Shown in pieces: positions 45,168-60,106 of a stretch of DNA of 64,000 nucleotides; within the stretch, counting starts at the first letter, position 1, and every line of letters begins with the position of its first letter. This DNA comes from Antedon mediterranea (lineage: Eukaryota > Animalia > Echinodermata): positions 15,398,101 through 15,462,100 of the forward strand of contig NC_092677.1 of assembly GCF_964355755.1 (NCBI RefSeq). Reading direction: 5' to 3'. A model generated the notes under the pieces. That model did no database searches. It worked only from the letters and a program-made list of their open reading frames with translations, and was not told the DNA's origin. The translations under genes were made by a program, and so were the position numbers.

Positions 45168-48100
45168 TTACTATAGCATGATTGACATGCGCAGAACCCA
45201 TTATTCGACTGTGCGCATGTTTATTGTGGTATATTAACCATTTATGTGAAAAAATAAAAGGGTCGAAAAATGGCCATTTGTCGAAAATTTGCCTGTACTA
45301 TATATAGTACAGGGATTTTTTCCCAAAAATGGCCAAATTTCGACCTTTTTATTTTTCGTTAAAACCGATAACTATAGCATAATTGACATGCGCAGAACCC
45401 GTTATTCGACTCTGCACATGTTTATTGTGCTATAGTAACCATATATGTCCAAAAATGAAAGGGTCGAGAAATAGCTATTTTTCGAAAATTTCCCTGTACT
45501 ATAGTACAGGGTTCTTTTCCAAAAATTGCCAAATTTCGACCTTTTTCTTTTCGATAAAATTGGCTACTATAGCATGATTGACATGCGCAGAACCCATTAT
45601 TCGACTGCGCACATGTTTATTGTGGTATAGTAACCATTTATGTGAAAAAATAAAAGGGTCGAAAAATGGACATTTTTCGAAAATTTGCCTGTACTATAGT
45701 ACAGGGATTTTTTCCAAAAATGGCCAAATTTTGACCTTTTTATTTTTCGATAAAATTGGCTACTATAGCATGATTGACATGCGCAGAACCCATTATTCGA
45801 CTGTGCGCATGTTTATTGTGGTATAGTAACCTTTTATGTGAAAAAAATAAAAGGGTCGAAAAATGGATATTTTTGAGAAAATTTCCCTGTACTATAGTAC
45901 AGGGATTTTTTCCAAATAATTATGACCAAATGTCGAACTTTTTATTTTTCGATAAAACTGATTACTATAGCATAGTTGACATGCGGAGAACCCATTATTC
46001 GACTCTGCGCATGTTTATTGTTCTATAGTAACTCTTTATGTCAAAAAATGAAAGGGTCGAAAAATTGCTTTTTTTCGAAATTTCCCTGTACAGGGATTTT
46101 TTTTTTAAATGGCCAAATTTCGGCCTCTTTATTTTTCGATAAAACTGGCTACTATAGCATGATTGACATGCGCAGAACCCATTATACAACAGTGCGAATG
46201 TTTATTGTGGTATAGTAACCATTTATGTGAAAAAATAAAAGGGTAAAAAATGGCAATTTTTCGAAAATTGGCCTATACTATAGTACCGGGATTTTTTCCA
46301 AATATGACAAAATTTCGAACTTTTTATTTTTCGATAAAACTGATTACTATAGCATAGTTGACATGCGCAAAACCCATTATTCGACTCTGCGCATGTTTAT
46401 TGTGGTATAGTAACCATTTATGTCCAAAAATAAAAGGGTCGAAAAAAGGCTATTTTTCGAAATTTCCCTGTACTATAGTACAGGGATTTTTTCCAAAAAT
46501 GGCCAGTTTTCGACCTTTTTATTTTCGATAAAATTGGCTACTATAGCATGATTGACATGCGCAGAACCCATTATTCGACTGTTCGCATGTTTATTGTGGT
46601 ATAGTACCCATTTATGTCAAAAATGAAAGGGTCGAAAAAAGGCGATTTTTCGAAAATTTCCCTGTACTATAGTAAAGGGATTTTTTTCCAAAAATGGCCA
46701 AATTTCGACCTTTTTATTTTTCGCTAAAACTGATTACTATAGCATAATTGACATGCGCAGAACCCATTATTCGACTCTGCGCATGTTTATTGTGGTATAG
46801 TACCCATTTATGTCAAAAAATGAAAGGGTCGAAAAAAGGCGATTTTTCGAAAATTTTCCTGTACTATAGTACAAGGACTTTTTCAAAAAATGGCCAAATT
46901 TCGAACTTTTTATTTTTCGATAATACTGATTACTATAGCATAGTTGACATGCGCAGAACCCATTATTTGACTCTGCGCATGTTTATTGTGCTATAGTAAC
47001 CATTTATGTCCAAAAAAACTGATTTCTAAAGCATAATTGACATGCGCAGAACCCATTATTCGACTCTGCGCATGTTTATTGTGCTATAGTAACCATTTAT
47101 GTCCAAAAATGAAAGGGTCCAAAAATAGCCATTTTTCGAAAATTTCCCTGCACTATAGTACAGGGGATTTTTTCCCAAAAATGGCCAAATTTCGACCTTT
47201 TTATTTTTGATAAAATTGGCTACTATAGCATGATTGACATGCGCAGAACCCATTATTCGACTGCGCGCATGTGTATTGTGGTATAGTAACCATTTATGTA
47301 AAAAAATAAAAGGGTTGAAAAATGGGCATTTTTCGAAAATTTGCCTGTACCATAGTACAGGGATTTTTTCCAAAAATGGCCAAATTTTGACCTTTTTATT
47401 TTTCGATAAAATTGGCTACTATAGCATGATTGACATGCGCAGAACGCATTATTCGACTGTGCGCATGTTTATTGTGGTATAGTAACCATTTATGTGAAAA
47501 AATAAAAGGGTCGAAAAATGGATATTTTTCGAAAATTTCCCTGTACTATAGTACAGGGATTTTTTCCAAATATGACCAAATTTCGAAATTTTTATTTTTC
47601 GATAAAACTGATTACTATAGCATAGTTGACATGCGCAGAACCAGTTATTCGACTCTGCGCATGTTTATTGTGGTATAGTAACCATTTATGTCCAAAAATG
47701 AAAGGGTCGAGAAATAGCCATTTTTGAGAAAATTTCCCTGTACTATAGTACAGGGAGTTTTTCCAAATATGACCAAATGTCGAACTTTTTATTTTTCGAT
47801 AAAACTGATTACTATAGCATAGTTGACATGCGGAGAACCCATTATTCGACTCTGCGCATGTTTATTGTGCTATAGTAACCCTTTATGTCAAAAAATGAAA
47901 GGGTCGAAAAATTGCTTTTTTTCGAAATTTCCCTGTACTATAATAGTACAGGGATTTTTTTTTTAAATGGCCAAATTTCGGCCTTTTTATTTTTCGATAA
48001 AATTGGCTACTATAGCATGATTGACATGCGCATAACCCATTATTCAACTGTGCGAATGTTTATTGTGGTATAGTAACCATTTATGTGAAAAAATAAAAGG

Positions 48101-51100
48101 GTAGAAAATGGCAATTTTTCGAAAATTGGCCTGTACTATAGTACAGGGATTTTTTCCAAATATGACAAAATTTCGAACTTTTTATTTTTCGATAAAACTG
48201 ATTACTATAGCATAGTTGACATGCGCAAAACCCATTATTCGACTCTGCGCATGTTTATTGTGGTATAGTAACCATTTATGTCCAAAAATAAAAGGGTCGA
48301 AAAAAGGCTATTTTTCGAAATTTCCCTGTACTATTGTACTGGGATTTTTTCCAAAAATGGCCTATTTTCGACCTTTTTATTTTCGATAAAATTGGCTACT
48401 ATAGCATGATTGACATGCGCAGAACCCATTATTCGACTGTGCGCTTTTTTATTGTGGTATAGTACCCATTTATGTCAAAAAATGAAAGGGTCGAAAAAAG
48501 GCGATTTTTCGAAAATTTCCCTGTACTATAGTAAAGGGATTTTTTTCCAAAAATGGCCAAATTTCGACCTTTTTATTTTTCGCTAAAACTGATTACTATA
48601 GCATAATTGACATGCGCAGAACCCATTATTCAACTCTGCGCATGTTTATTGTGGTATAGTACCCATTTATGTCAAAAAATGAAAGGGTCGAAAAAAGGCT
48701 ACTTTTCGAAATTTCCCTGTACTATAGTACAGGGATTTTTTCCAAAAATGGCCAAATTTCGACCTTTTTATTTTCGATAAAATTGGCTACTATAGCATGA
48801 TTGACATGCGCAGAACCCATTATTCGACTGTGCTCATGTTTATTGTGGTATAGTAACCATTTATGTGAAAAAATAAAAGTGTCGAAAAATGGATATTTTA
48901 CGAAAATAGTAAAGGGATTTTTTTCCAAAAATGGCCAAATTTCGACCTTTTTATTTTTCGCTAAAACTGATTACTATAGCATAATTGACATGCGCAGAAC
49001 CCATTATTCGACTCTGCGCATGTTTATTGTGGTATAGTACCCATTTATGTCAAAAAATGAAAGGGTCGAAAAAAGGCTATTTTTCGAAATTTCCCTGTAC
49101 TATAGTACAGGGATTTTTTCCAAAAATGGCCAATTTTCGACCTTTTTATTTTCGATAAAATTGGCTACTATAGCATGATTGACATGCGCAGAACCCATTA
49201 TTCGACTGTGCTCATGTTTATTGTGGTATAGTAACCATTTATGTGAAAAAATAAAAGTGTCGAAAAATGGATATTTTTCGAAAATAGTAAAGGGATTTTT
49301 TTCCAAATATGACCAAATTTCGAACTTTTTATTTTTCGATAAAACTGATTACTATAGCATAGTTGACATGCGCAGAACCCATTATTCGACTGTGCGCATG
49401 TTTATTGTGCTATAGTAACCATTTATGTCCAAACATGAAAGGGTTGAAAAATGGGCATTTTTGAGAAAATTTCCCTGTACTATAGTACAGGGATTTTTTC
49501 CAAATAATTATGACCAAATGTCGAACTTTTTATTTTTCGATAAAACTGATTACTATAGCATAGTTGACATGCGGAGAACCCATTATTCGACTCTGCGTAT
49601 GTTTATTGTGCTATAGTAACCCTTTATGTCAAAAAATGAAAGGGTCGAAAAATTGCTTTTTTTCGAAATTTCCCTGTACAGGGATTTTTTTTTTAAATGG
49701 CCAAATTTCGGCCTCTTTATTTTTCGATAAAACTGGCTACTATAGCATGATTGACATGCGCAGAACCCATTATACAACAGTGCGAATGTTTATTGTGGTA
49801 TAGTAACCATTTATGTGAAAAAATAAAAGGGTAAAAAATGGCAATTTTTCGAAAATTGGCCTGTACTATAGTACCGGGATTTTTTCCAAATATGACAAAA
49901 TTTCGAACTTTTTATTTTTCGATAAAACTGATTACTATAGCATAGTTGACATGCGCAAAACCCATTATTCGACTCTGCGCATGTTTATTGTGGTATAGTA
50001 ACCATTTATGTCCAAAAATAAAAGGGTCGAAAAAAGGCTATTTTTCGAAATTTCCCTGTACTATAGTAAAGGGATTTTTTTCCAAAAATGGCCAAATTTC
50101 GACCTTTTTATTTTTCGCTAAAACTGATTACTATAGCATAATTGACATGCGCAGAACCCATTATTCGACTCTGCGCATGTTTATTGTGGTATAGTACCCA
50201 TTTATGTCAAAAAATGAAAGGGTCGAAAAAAGGCGATTTTTCGAAAATTTCCCTGTACAGGGATTTTTTTCAAAAATGGCCAATTTTCGACCTTTTTATT
50301 TTCGATAAAATTGGCTACTATAGCATGATTGACATGCGCAGAACCCATTATTCGACTGTGCGCATGTTTATTGTGGTATAGTACCCATTTATGTCAAAAA
50401 ATGAAAGGGTCGAAAAAAGGCGATTTTTCGAAAATTTCCCTGTACTATAGTAAAGGGATTTTTTTCCAAAATTGGCCAAATTTCGACCTTTTTATTTTTC
50501 GCTAAAACTGATTACTATAGCATAATTGACATGCGCAGAACCCATTATTCGACTCTGCGCATGTTTATTGTGCTATAGTAACCATTTATGTCCAAAAAAA
50601 CTGATTTCTAAAGCATAATTGACATTCGCAGAACCCATTATTCGACTCTGCGCATGTTTATTGTTCTATAGTAACCATTTATGTCCCAAAATAAAAGGGT
50701 CCAAAAATAGCAATTTTTCGAAAATTTCCATTTTTTCCCAAAAATGGCCAAATTTCGACCTTTTTATTTTTGATAAAGTTGGCTACTATAACATGATTGA
50801 CATGCGCTGAACCCATTATTCGACTGCGCGCATGTGTATTGTGGTATAGTAACCATTTATGTGAAAAAATGAAAGGGTTGAAAAATGGGCATTTTTCGAA
50901 AATTTGCCTGTACTATAGTACAGGGATTTTTTTCCAAAAATGGCCAAATTTTGACCTTTTTATTTTTCGATAAAATTGGCTACTATAGCATGATTGACAT
51001 GCGCAGAACCCATTATTCGACTGCGCGCATGTGTATTGTGGTATAGTAACCATTTATGTGAAAAAATAAAAGAGTTGAAAAATGGGCATTTTTCGAAAAT

Positions 51101-53460
51101 TTGCCTGTACCATAGTACAGGGATTTTTTCCAAAAATGACCAAATTTTGACCTTTTTATTTTTCGATAAAATTGGCTACTATAGCATGATTGACATGCGC
51201 AGAACGCATTATTCGACTGTGCGCATGTTTATTGTGGTATAGTAACCATTTATGTGAAAAAATAAAAGGGTCGAAAAATGGATATTTTTCGAAAATGGCC
51301 AAATTTTGACCTTTTTATTTCGATAAAATTGGCTACTATAGCATGATTGACATGCGCAGAACCCATTATTCGACTCTGCGCATGTTTATTGTGGTATAGT
51401 ACCCATTTATGTCAAAAAATGAAAGAGTCGAAAAAAGGCGATTTTTCGAAAATTTCCCTGTACTATAGTAAAGGGATTTTTTTTCCAAAAATGGCCAAAT
51501 TTCGACCTTTTTATTTTTCGCTAAAACTGATTACTATAGCATAATTGACATGCGCAGAACCCATTATTCGACTCTGCGCATGTTTATTGTGGTATAGTAC
51601 CCATTTATGTCAAAAAATGAAAGGGTCGAAAAAAGGCGATTTTTCGAAAATTTTCCTGTACTATAGTACAAGGACTTTTTCCAAATAATTATGACCAAAT
51701 GTCGAACTTTTTATTTTTCGATAAAACTGATTACTATAGCATAGTTGACATGCGGAGAACCCATTATTCGACTCTGCGCATGTTTATTGTTCTATAGTAA
51801 CTCTTTATGTCAAAAAATGAAAGGGTCGAAAAATTGCTTTTTTTTCGAAATTTCCCTGTACAGGGATTTTTTTTTTAAATGGCCAAATTTCGGCCTTTTT
51901 ATTTTTCGATAAAACTGGCTACTATAGCATGATTGACATGCGCAGAACCCATTATTCAACTGTGCGAATGTTTATTGTGGTATAGTAACCATTTATGTGA
52001 AAAAATAAAAGGGTAAAAAATGGCAATTTTTCGAAAATTGGCCTGTACTATAGTACAGGGATTTTTTCCAAATATGACAAAATTTCGAACTTTTTATTTT
52101 TCGATAAAACTGAATACTATAGCATAGTTGACATGCGCAAACCCCATTATTCGACTCTGCGCATGTTTATTGTGGTATAGTAACCATTTATGTCCAAAAA
52201 TAAAAGGGTCGAAAAAAGGCTATTTTTCGAAATTTCCCTGTACTATAGTACAGGGATTTTTTCCAAAAATGGCCAGTTTTCGACCTTTTTATTTTCGATA
52301 AAATTGGCTACTATAGCATGATTGACATGCGCAGAACCCATTATTCGACTGTGCGCATGTTTATTGTGGTATAGTACCCATTTATGTCAAAAAATGAAAG
52401 GGTCGAAAAAAGGCGATTTTTCGAAAATTTCCCTGTACTATAGTAAAGGGATTTTTTTCCAAAAATGGCCAAATTTCGACCTTTTTATTTTTCGCTAAAA
52501 CTGATTACTATAGCATAATTGACATGCGCAGAACCCATTATTCGACTCTGCGCATGTTTATTGTGGTATAGTACCCATTTATGTCAAAAAATGAAAGGGT
52601 CGAAAAAAGGCGATTTTTCGAAAATTTTCCTGTACTATAGTACAAGGACTTTTTCAAAAAATGGCCAAATTTCGAACTTTTTATTTTTCGATAATACTGA
52701 TTACTATAGCATAGTTGACATGCGCAGAACCCATTATTTGACTCTGCGCATGTTTATTGTGCTATAGTAACCATTTATGTCCAAAAAAACTGATTTCTAA
52801 AGCATAATTGACATGCGCAGAACCTATTATTCGACTCTGCGCATGTTTATTGTGCTATAGTAACCATTTATGTCCAAAAATGAAAGGGTCCAAAAATAGC
52901 CATTTTTCGAAAATTTCCCTGTACTATAATACAGGGGATTTTTTCCCAAAAATGGCCAAATTTCGACATTTTTATTTTTGATAAAATTGGCTACTATAGC
53001 ATGATTGACATGCGCAGAACCCATTATTTGACTGCGCGCATGTGTATTGTGGTATAGTAACCATTTATGTGAAAAAATAAAAGGGTTGAAAAATGGGCAT
53101 TTTTCGAAAATTTGCCTGTAGTATAGTACAGGGATTTTTTCCAAAAATTGCCAAATTTTGATCTTTTTATTTTTCGATAAAATTGGCTTCTATAGCATGA
53201 TTGACATGCGCAGAACGCATTATTCGACTGTGCGCATATTTATTGCGGTATAGTAACCATTTATGTGAAAAAATAAAAGGGTCGAAAAATGGACATTTTT
53301 CGAAAATTTGCCTTTACTATAGTACAGGGATTTTTTCCAAAAATGGCCAAATTTCGACCTTTTTATTTCGATAAAATTGGCTACTATAGCATGATTGATA
53401 TGCGCAGAACCCATTATTCGACTCTGCGCATGTTTATTGTGGTATAGTAACCATTTATGG
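45168..53460. repeat. Satellite array of ~196-bp monomer (roughly 42-44 copies) with higher-order duplications
   Basis: CTATAGCATGATTGACATGCGCAGAACCCATTATTCGACT... recurs every ~196 bp, with deletion variants. Confidence 0.97.
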
Positions 53461-53724
53461 ATTTTTGGAAAAAATGGCCAAAATAGGCACTTTTCAAAAT
53501 ACTATTATTATGCAATAATATTGCTATATATGCGCATTTATTGCGTTATTATCATCTTATAGACGTATGTAATCCTTCTTGTTCGAAAATACTAATAAAA
53601 ACTCGGATTCCAAATAAACTTATATTATTCCGGAGTGTATTCCAATTAAAGTTTAATTTAATCTGAAACTAAAAGAGCCAGTCGTACGGGCCAGATAGAA
53701 AACTTTAAAAAACAGGTTGTTAAT

Positions 53725-53818
53725 ATGGTCGGAGCACTGTTACACTTTGTATGTCTTGGTTTTATCTGTGTGCATCAGGAGAATGGAATGTGGGGCTAGG
53801 CTTATCTGACAACTTTGG
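53725..53818 (+). CDS. Candidate signal-peptide exon of the PAN/Link gene, with an in-frame TAG
   Basis: MVGALLHFVCLGFICVHQENGMWG*AYLTTL G|gtaatt; the phase-1 donor matches the phase-1 acceptor at 57668. Confidence 0.3.
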
Positions 53819-55091
53819 GTAATTTATGTCTTCTTTAATTACAAACATTGCAAGAGGGCTCTTTATATTATGGTTCCCTGTCATTTGATATTTTGCTCTT
53901 GGTTACACGTATAGTAACTACTGCCATTGATTTGTTATACACTATCCCTTCATTTTAAAATATATGTAGGCTAAAAAGTTGAAGCAATAGTGGATATGGA
54001 ACTTTACTGTTGACTGTTCAGACTTTACGAAAAGTAGAAGACGCTAAAGAAAAATTGTGCTGTGTGAATTAGATTTGTGCACAAACACATAACGAAAGTA
54101 TAAATGCCAAACTATTATTTTTTTATTAGGTGTTTTTCGTGGTGTATTAATTATTTGATACATTAGAGATAAAATAAAAAGAGTGGACAAAAATCGAATG
54201 AAAAACACATTGCTGCGGAAACACGAATTGTTAAGTTTATTCATTTACATTTTATTTGTATTTCACTGGTTATGATATTTTGCAATTTTTTTTTGTATGG
54301 GAGATTTGTTACCTACTTGCTACTTTGTCTACCTTAAAAATAATTCGCATGACATGATATATGCGCACTTTTCCCGGCCCCTGACAAATTATTTATAAAC
54401 AAAAACAAACAATTTGTCAAGAATACAATTCGGAACTATTTACGGCCATTGATTTTGTTATACACGGAGTAATCCTTTACTTTCTTTTAGAAATATCTGT
54501 AAGCTACAGAATATGCTGTGTGAATATCAATGTACCGCCTTAGAAAGTGACAACGTGCAGGAAAGGGACATGCACGTTGAAGTCTGTCAATCAGCCGACA
54601 GATTAAAACATTTTAATTATAAAATATGAATTGTTAAGTTATCAATTAAGATGTAAAGTATTGGAATAATAATAATGCTTACGGACTCTGAAATCAATAC
54701 AAAATATAGTCGAAATTAGATGATGCGCTCGTGTATTTTTCGTTGATATTTGATATTTAGCAGTGATGGGAAAAACGACACCCATTTGGATTCGTTTTAA
54801 TTGTGTGTGTGAGTGTTTTTACATTTTTTTTATTTCAGTTTTTTTGTGTGTGTAAGGTTTTGTATCATTTTTGCTAGTTTTGTAATTACATTGTGGTCTA
54901 GTTTTATTTTTAGCTTTAAGGTGATACTCAATAATTACATTTGTCGCGGATTCGAACTCTAACGTACTAAGCATTGATATCAATGGCCACGGCGATTTAC
55001 TCACTAAGCCAAACCGTGATTTAAGGAAATCATTCTGTTCACAATGGTAGTAATGTGACGTCATTGTGTCCATTATTATGAGCGCATCACT

Positions 55092-55210
55092 TTTTTGGTC
55101 GACTCAATAGCTCACTCTGCCGGTCGGTTTGTTGGTTGGTCGATCGGTCGGTCGATAAACACTAACTCAAATGTGCGCACGCGACTGCAGCCATGTATGG
55201 CCTTGCTTGT
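55092..55210 (+). mobile_element. Short DINE/HINE-like element
   Basis: Homologous to 5941-6042: (GTCG)n tract and CACGCGACTGCAGCCATGTATGGCCTTG end. Confidence 0.55.
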
Positions 55211-55884
55211 TTTATAAAGTACAAGAAAGAGTAATCTTATTTTAACGTCTTAACATTGTATTCTCTAACGATTTTCTTTTCTAATTGCAGTGTGATGTTA
55301 ACAATATTTACATTTATGAGGTTTAGTCTATTAATTAACTCGTTCGAAAAGAGTTGCAATGTAGATTTATGTCTTAAATAACTAGATTTAGACGAGGTTC
55401 GTGTATATTATTATTTGTGACAAATTTACAATTAAAACCGATATTGCCGAGAGAAAAATGCATGAGCCCAGAATTAGGTCCTCTGATTATTTTCAATGTG
55501 CGGATTTTGCAATTCAAACGGTTATCAACAGTATTCAATTGTTCATTGTTATTATTATTATTAAACCACTGACTTCCAGGCTCCTCGTTGACTATATTTC
55601 AAAACACTTTATTATTTACGCTATCATTGATAAATTATATTAATTATTTTAATGATAAATGTTTAGACGTGTACACGCAACCTATTATTTGACTTAATAA
55701 ACCAAAAATCAATGACTGTCCATTAAGTATAATAGAAATAACGAAGCAAGGACAGTGCATTGTTGTGTTAACTTCCACTTGACTGGTCATAACTTAATTA
55801 ATTCAGAAGTCAATCAATAATTGCTTGACATTATATACGGCCCAATTATGTTATATTTACGTCATCAGATTGCATCTCACACAT

Positions 55885-56280
55885 TTCTGGTCACAATAAA
55901 AAGAGTTTTATCCAACGATTTTGGATCTCGTTTCTGGACACTATATCTCCGACAATAGAAGTTTAATCCAACGATTTATGATCGCGTCTCTGATCACCAT
56001 ATCTTTGACAATAGAAGTTTCATCAACCGATTTAGGAAAGCGTTTCTGGACACTATATCTTTTGACAATATGAGTTTCATCAACCGATTTAGGATCGCGT
56101 TTCTGATCACAATATCTTTGACAATAGAAGTTTCATCAACCGATTTAGGATCTCGTTTCTGATCACTATATCTTTTGACAATAGAAATTTCATCAATTGG
56201 TTTTTGGATCTCGTTTCTGATCACCATATTTGTTGGAGATAGAAGTTTCATGCCCCAGTTTTAGGGTCTCGTTCCTGATT
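55885..56280. repeat. ~58-bp minisatellite (~7 copies)
   Basis: Recurring GACAATAGAAGTTTCATCAACCGATTTAGGATCGCGTTTCTGATCAC..ATCTTT. Confidence 0.9.
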
Positions 56281-57667
56281 ATCTTGACCGATTGAGTTTT
56301 TTGGTAAGTTTACAATTTTATATCTTTCTTTTTTAAAACTAATAAATCTATAAAATAATGTATACACAAATACACAATCCAATACATCGATAACATTTTA
56401 TATATTATTATTATACAACTAATAAATATTATAAAGTATAATGGTACTTTGACATTTATGACTTGAAAGATGAAAATATAACCAATATTCATCTTTCATC
56501 ACCGTATGAAATTATTTGTTCGATAATGTTATAACACGCCTAATTCTTTAACAAAAGTCTTGGCCAAAGCTTTAGACTCTTCGAAAAAACAGCGTTTAAT
56601 ATTTTAAGCATGGAGTAGAACAATTATAGACGGAAATTAATAAAACTCAATACCATATTTATTTTAACCCTTTGAAAACGAAGAAGTTTCTACCCCAAGT
56701 GACTGAGGCTAAATAAGGTATTTTAAATAGGTTTAGGAAAAATGCAAAATAGGGAATGGAAACTATACTAGCACAATAGGCATAGTGTGCATAAGGAATA
56801 CCATTACATTACTTGTTTATCTATTTTTCTTGTTCGTTGTTTTATTTAAAGTTTTATATTCTGTTTATCCCGAATTTTTTGTTCCGGTGGAAGAAAAATT
56901 GCCTTAGTAAGAGTTTGAAGGACAACAAAGTACTGTATCTTATCTAATCTCATATTATATTGTAATCTTGTCTGCACTACTGTACAGCACTTTAATGGTA
57001 CAAGGATTAATTTAAAATAGGCAAACCTTGACTTATTAATTCAATATAATTATGTAGTTTGTAAATACAGTTCTTCTACATTGCCTCTTATTGTTTTTAA
57101 TCCACAGCATTTTGTTTAGCTTGCTATTCTGTGATGTTTTCAAATAAGTATTGGATAGCAGCCTATCTGTTACTATCTACAGTACAAGGTAATACAATGT
57201 TAAAAAAAGAAGAAACAAGGAATTTACGGTCTAAACTAACATTGAAACCGCAATGAGACACAATTTACACCTCGATGAGACATATATACCACCATAGAAA
57301 ACCAATTTAGTACGATGAGAAAAAGATAATACCACACTACAGAAAAAACTAACACTACGATTAAAAAAACAAATTTAAACGACGATGATACCATACAAAT
57401 TGAAAAGATAAGAAAGACACCGCTATAAGAAAATTAATTTTCACCCCAATAAAACAACAGTTTACACCAGGATGAGACAGAAAGGACACCACGCTAAGAA
57501 AATGTACACCACACATAATTAGACAACACAAATTACACGCGTGATATCAATATAGTTTATTGATACTGCGAGCGTATGATAGTGAGCTTTTCCAATTGGA
57601 TATAAATAAATGATAAACAAAGTAAATCATCTAATAATAATGATAACAATGTTGTGTTTCATTTCAG

Positions 57668-57891
57668 CTACTCCACCTGGGCTAAAATCAGTACTGTTCG
57701 TAATTCGTGCGAATAATGGATTTTCTCCAGAACAATCGAGTAATCGACCAATCAGAATTCGATGTGCACAAGCATGTTTACGGTTAGGTTACGACGAATG
57801 TAATTTTTTTAGGATTAAAGTAGGAATGTCTGGATGCGAGACTAAATATCCAGCAGCGGAAAATGAAGTGACCCGGGAGTACGAAATCAAG
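57668..57891 (+). CDS. Exon encoding a PAN/apple-like module
   Basis: tttcag| ATPPG...RCAQACLRLGYDECNFFRIKVGMSGCET...EIK |gtacag; the phase-0 donor matches the acceptor at 60107. Confidence 0.6.
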
Positions 57892-60106
57892 GTACAGGCC
57901 TAAAATGCATCTTTGTTTACTTTATGTGTTGTTGCTCATTCGGATATGATGCATTTATTTTGAAGTATACAAAATTGAGTTGAGATGTTGTACTACATTT
58001 TCCATTTGTTGGTCTCAACACCATCGTTTTCGCAACCCCAAACCCGCCACTGATAAAAGGGCGTAAAATGAGGAGATTTGCACATGTCCTTGTTACTATC
58101 CTACTATTTTTGTTTAAATATCCATTCCCTACAATGTGACGTTTTGTAAAAATAATGCATATATATATTACTTTAAAAACATTAAACCAGATCATTCCTA
58201 GACTTGAAATATGCGTTTTATGGAAAAGTATGCAAGCCCGTAGCCCGAGGCGTTCGAGGGTTCGAACGAACTTCCCTCCTTTCCTGAATTGCCCTTTCAA
58301 ACGAGACTAGGCATAGCCCAGATTCTTTGCATATTCTGTAGTATAGCCAGCAGGCAAATGTAACTTTTATTACTAAATAGGAGGCCTAGAATATAACAAG
58401 ATCATCTTATAAAATTGCTAATAATCCCGTCGCCTTCAATGTATTTCCAATTGCCTTTTATTTTAATTACCAAAGGAAATTTTGATCTTTTGCGTTTAAA
58501 TTTGGTTCCGTTAAAAATCAACATCCCGTATATTCCGTATGCAACGTCGCTTTTGTGTTTGTAAATGGTTCTGGTCAATATGTGTTACGTATAAAGGATG
58601 AATGTTTATTTAGGCCTAATTTATATGTTTGTTTTCAATTTATTTTACATGCGATTGCAAGAAGTTTGTGAATGTGTGTTCACTGTTAAAAATGTTGTTT
58701 CTGAAAAGAAATCAGAAATGAATAGTTAAAATACTTTTAGTAATGATAGTATTTATTACCGATGAGACGTTCTTTCTATGCCTACACTACAAGTGAATAT
58801 ACCAGAGCACTTGTTTTAGGGTAGGCCTATTATAAAATAATATGTTGATTGAGGAAAGTAGAATCTACCGTAGAATATTGACAAAAAACTATGGATATAG
58901 AAGAATATTAAAAGGGTGGGCGATTTACCCACAAAGTGTACATGCAGAAATTAACCAGATTAATTACAAACCACATTATCATTATGTATAAGATACAGCC
59001 AGGTTTTATTTGCATTTTATTTTACTGCAATTATAATGACAGCAAACCTAATTAAAAAAATCTTAAATTCAAACGGTTTCCACTTTTGGCAGGCAACTGT
59101 TACCGCTTTGATGTTTAGTCCGTAACACGTCTTATAATATCCAGACGATAAAATAAATCAACTATAGTAGGCATAGCTAATATAAAACGATCACGAAATG
59201 TATAATGAACACAAAAATGTATTTAGTGCGCCAAATACAAAATAGCGCGAAGCAATCAAACCCAATCGATTTAAAAAACACGGCCGATAAGTGAAAAATA
59301 CATAGCTAGGTGGCCCGCGGCACCATAAAACATTTCAAAAGTTGGTATAATTATTGCAACCAAAAAAAAAAGTGCCCGATCGTCTTATTTGTTGGGCCCG
59401 ATTGTCTAGGCCCGATCGCCTCTGTTTCCGATCGTCTTACAATGGCCCCGGTCGTCTGTTACCCTCCTGGACGGTCTTTCGGCCTAGCCTAGCTTGGCTT
59501 TTGTATGTCTATCTGGTAAACATCGGAAAATACGAACATCGACGCTAGCTATAGGGCTATATAGGCCTAGCCTGACGTATGGTTTCTGCTTTAATTACCT
59601 TTCTATTTTTGCCAGACTCCGTTGGTACAAATTGAGGGAAACCCACTATTTTAGTGTGAACGTTAGGAGTCTTCCATTTGTTTTGGCGAATCGATCGAAA
59701 AGTGGGTGAATTACAGAACAAAAACAAAAATATCAATCGACTTGTTTTTTTTACATTTTAACCGCTTAAAGGTGGGAGCCAATTTCTAACATTGCATCAC
59801 CTTGTAAACTAATGTTAATGGAGGGAAAATTAATGTTAAAAGTAAAATTCATTGTGTTTTGTCTGGTTGTACAATGTTTATTCCATGGAGGCCTACCTAC
59901 CTCTCGCGATGTATTTTATGAGTTTTGTCAAATTGGATAGAAAACAAACTCCCTAGCTACTGTAATTTTAGCTATTTTGTATATTTATTTAATGAAAATC
60001 ATGTAAAGTTGGTCCAGTTGTTAAACTACGCCTCGGGATTGTTGACAAAGAGTCAAGTCAAGTTTGATTTCAGTTTGATTCTTATGTGTTTTTAATTTCA
60101 TTTTAG

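Noticed and set aside
45383-53414. Many short MTCAEPIIRL... ORFs
   Set aside because: They are translations of the satellite monomer with frequent frameshifts and no splice structure.
54940-55015. tRNA gene on the minus strand (GAGTTCGAATCC B-box)
   Set aside because: No complete cloverleaf; more likely a decayed SINE head.
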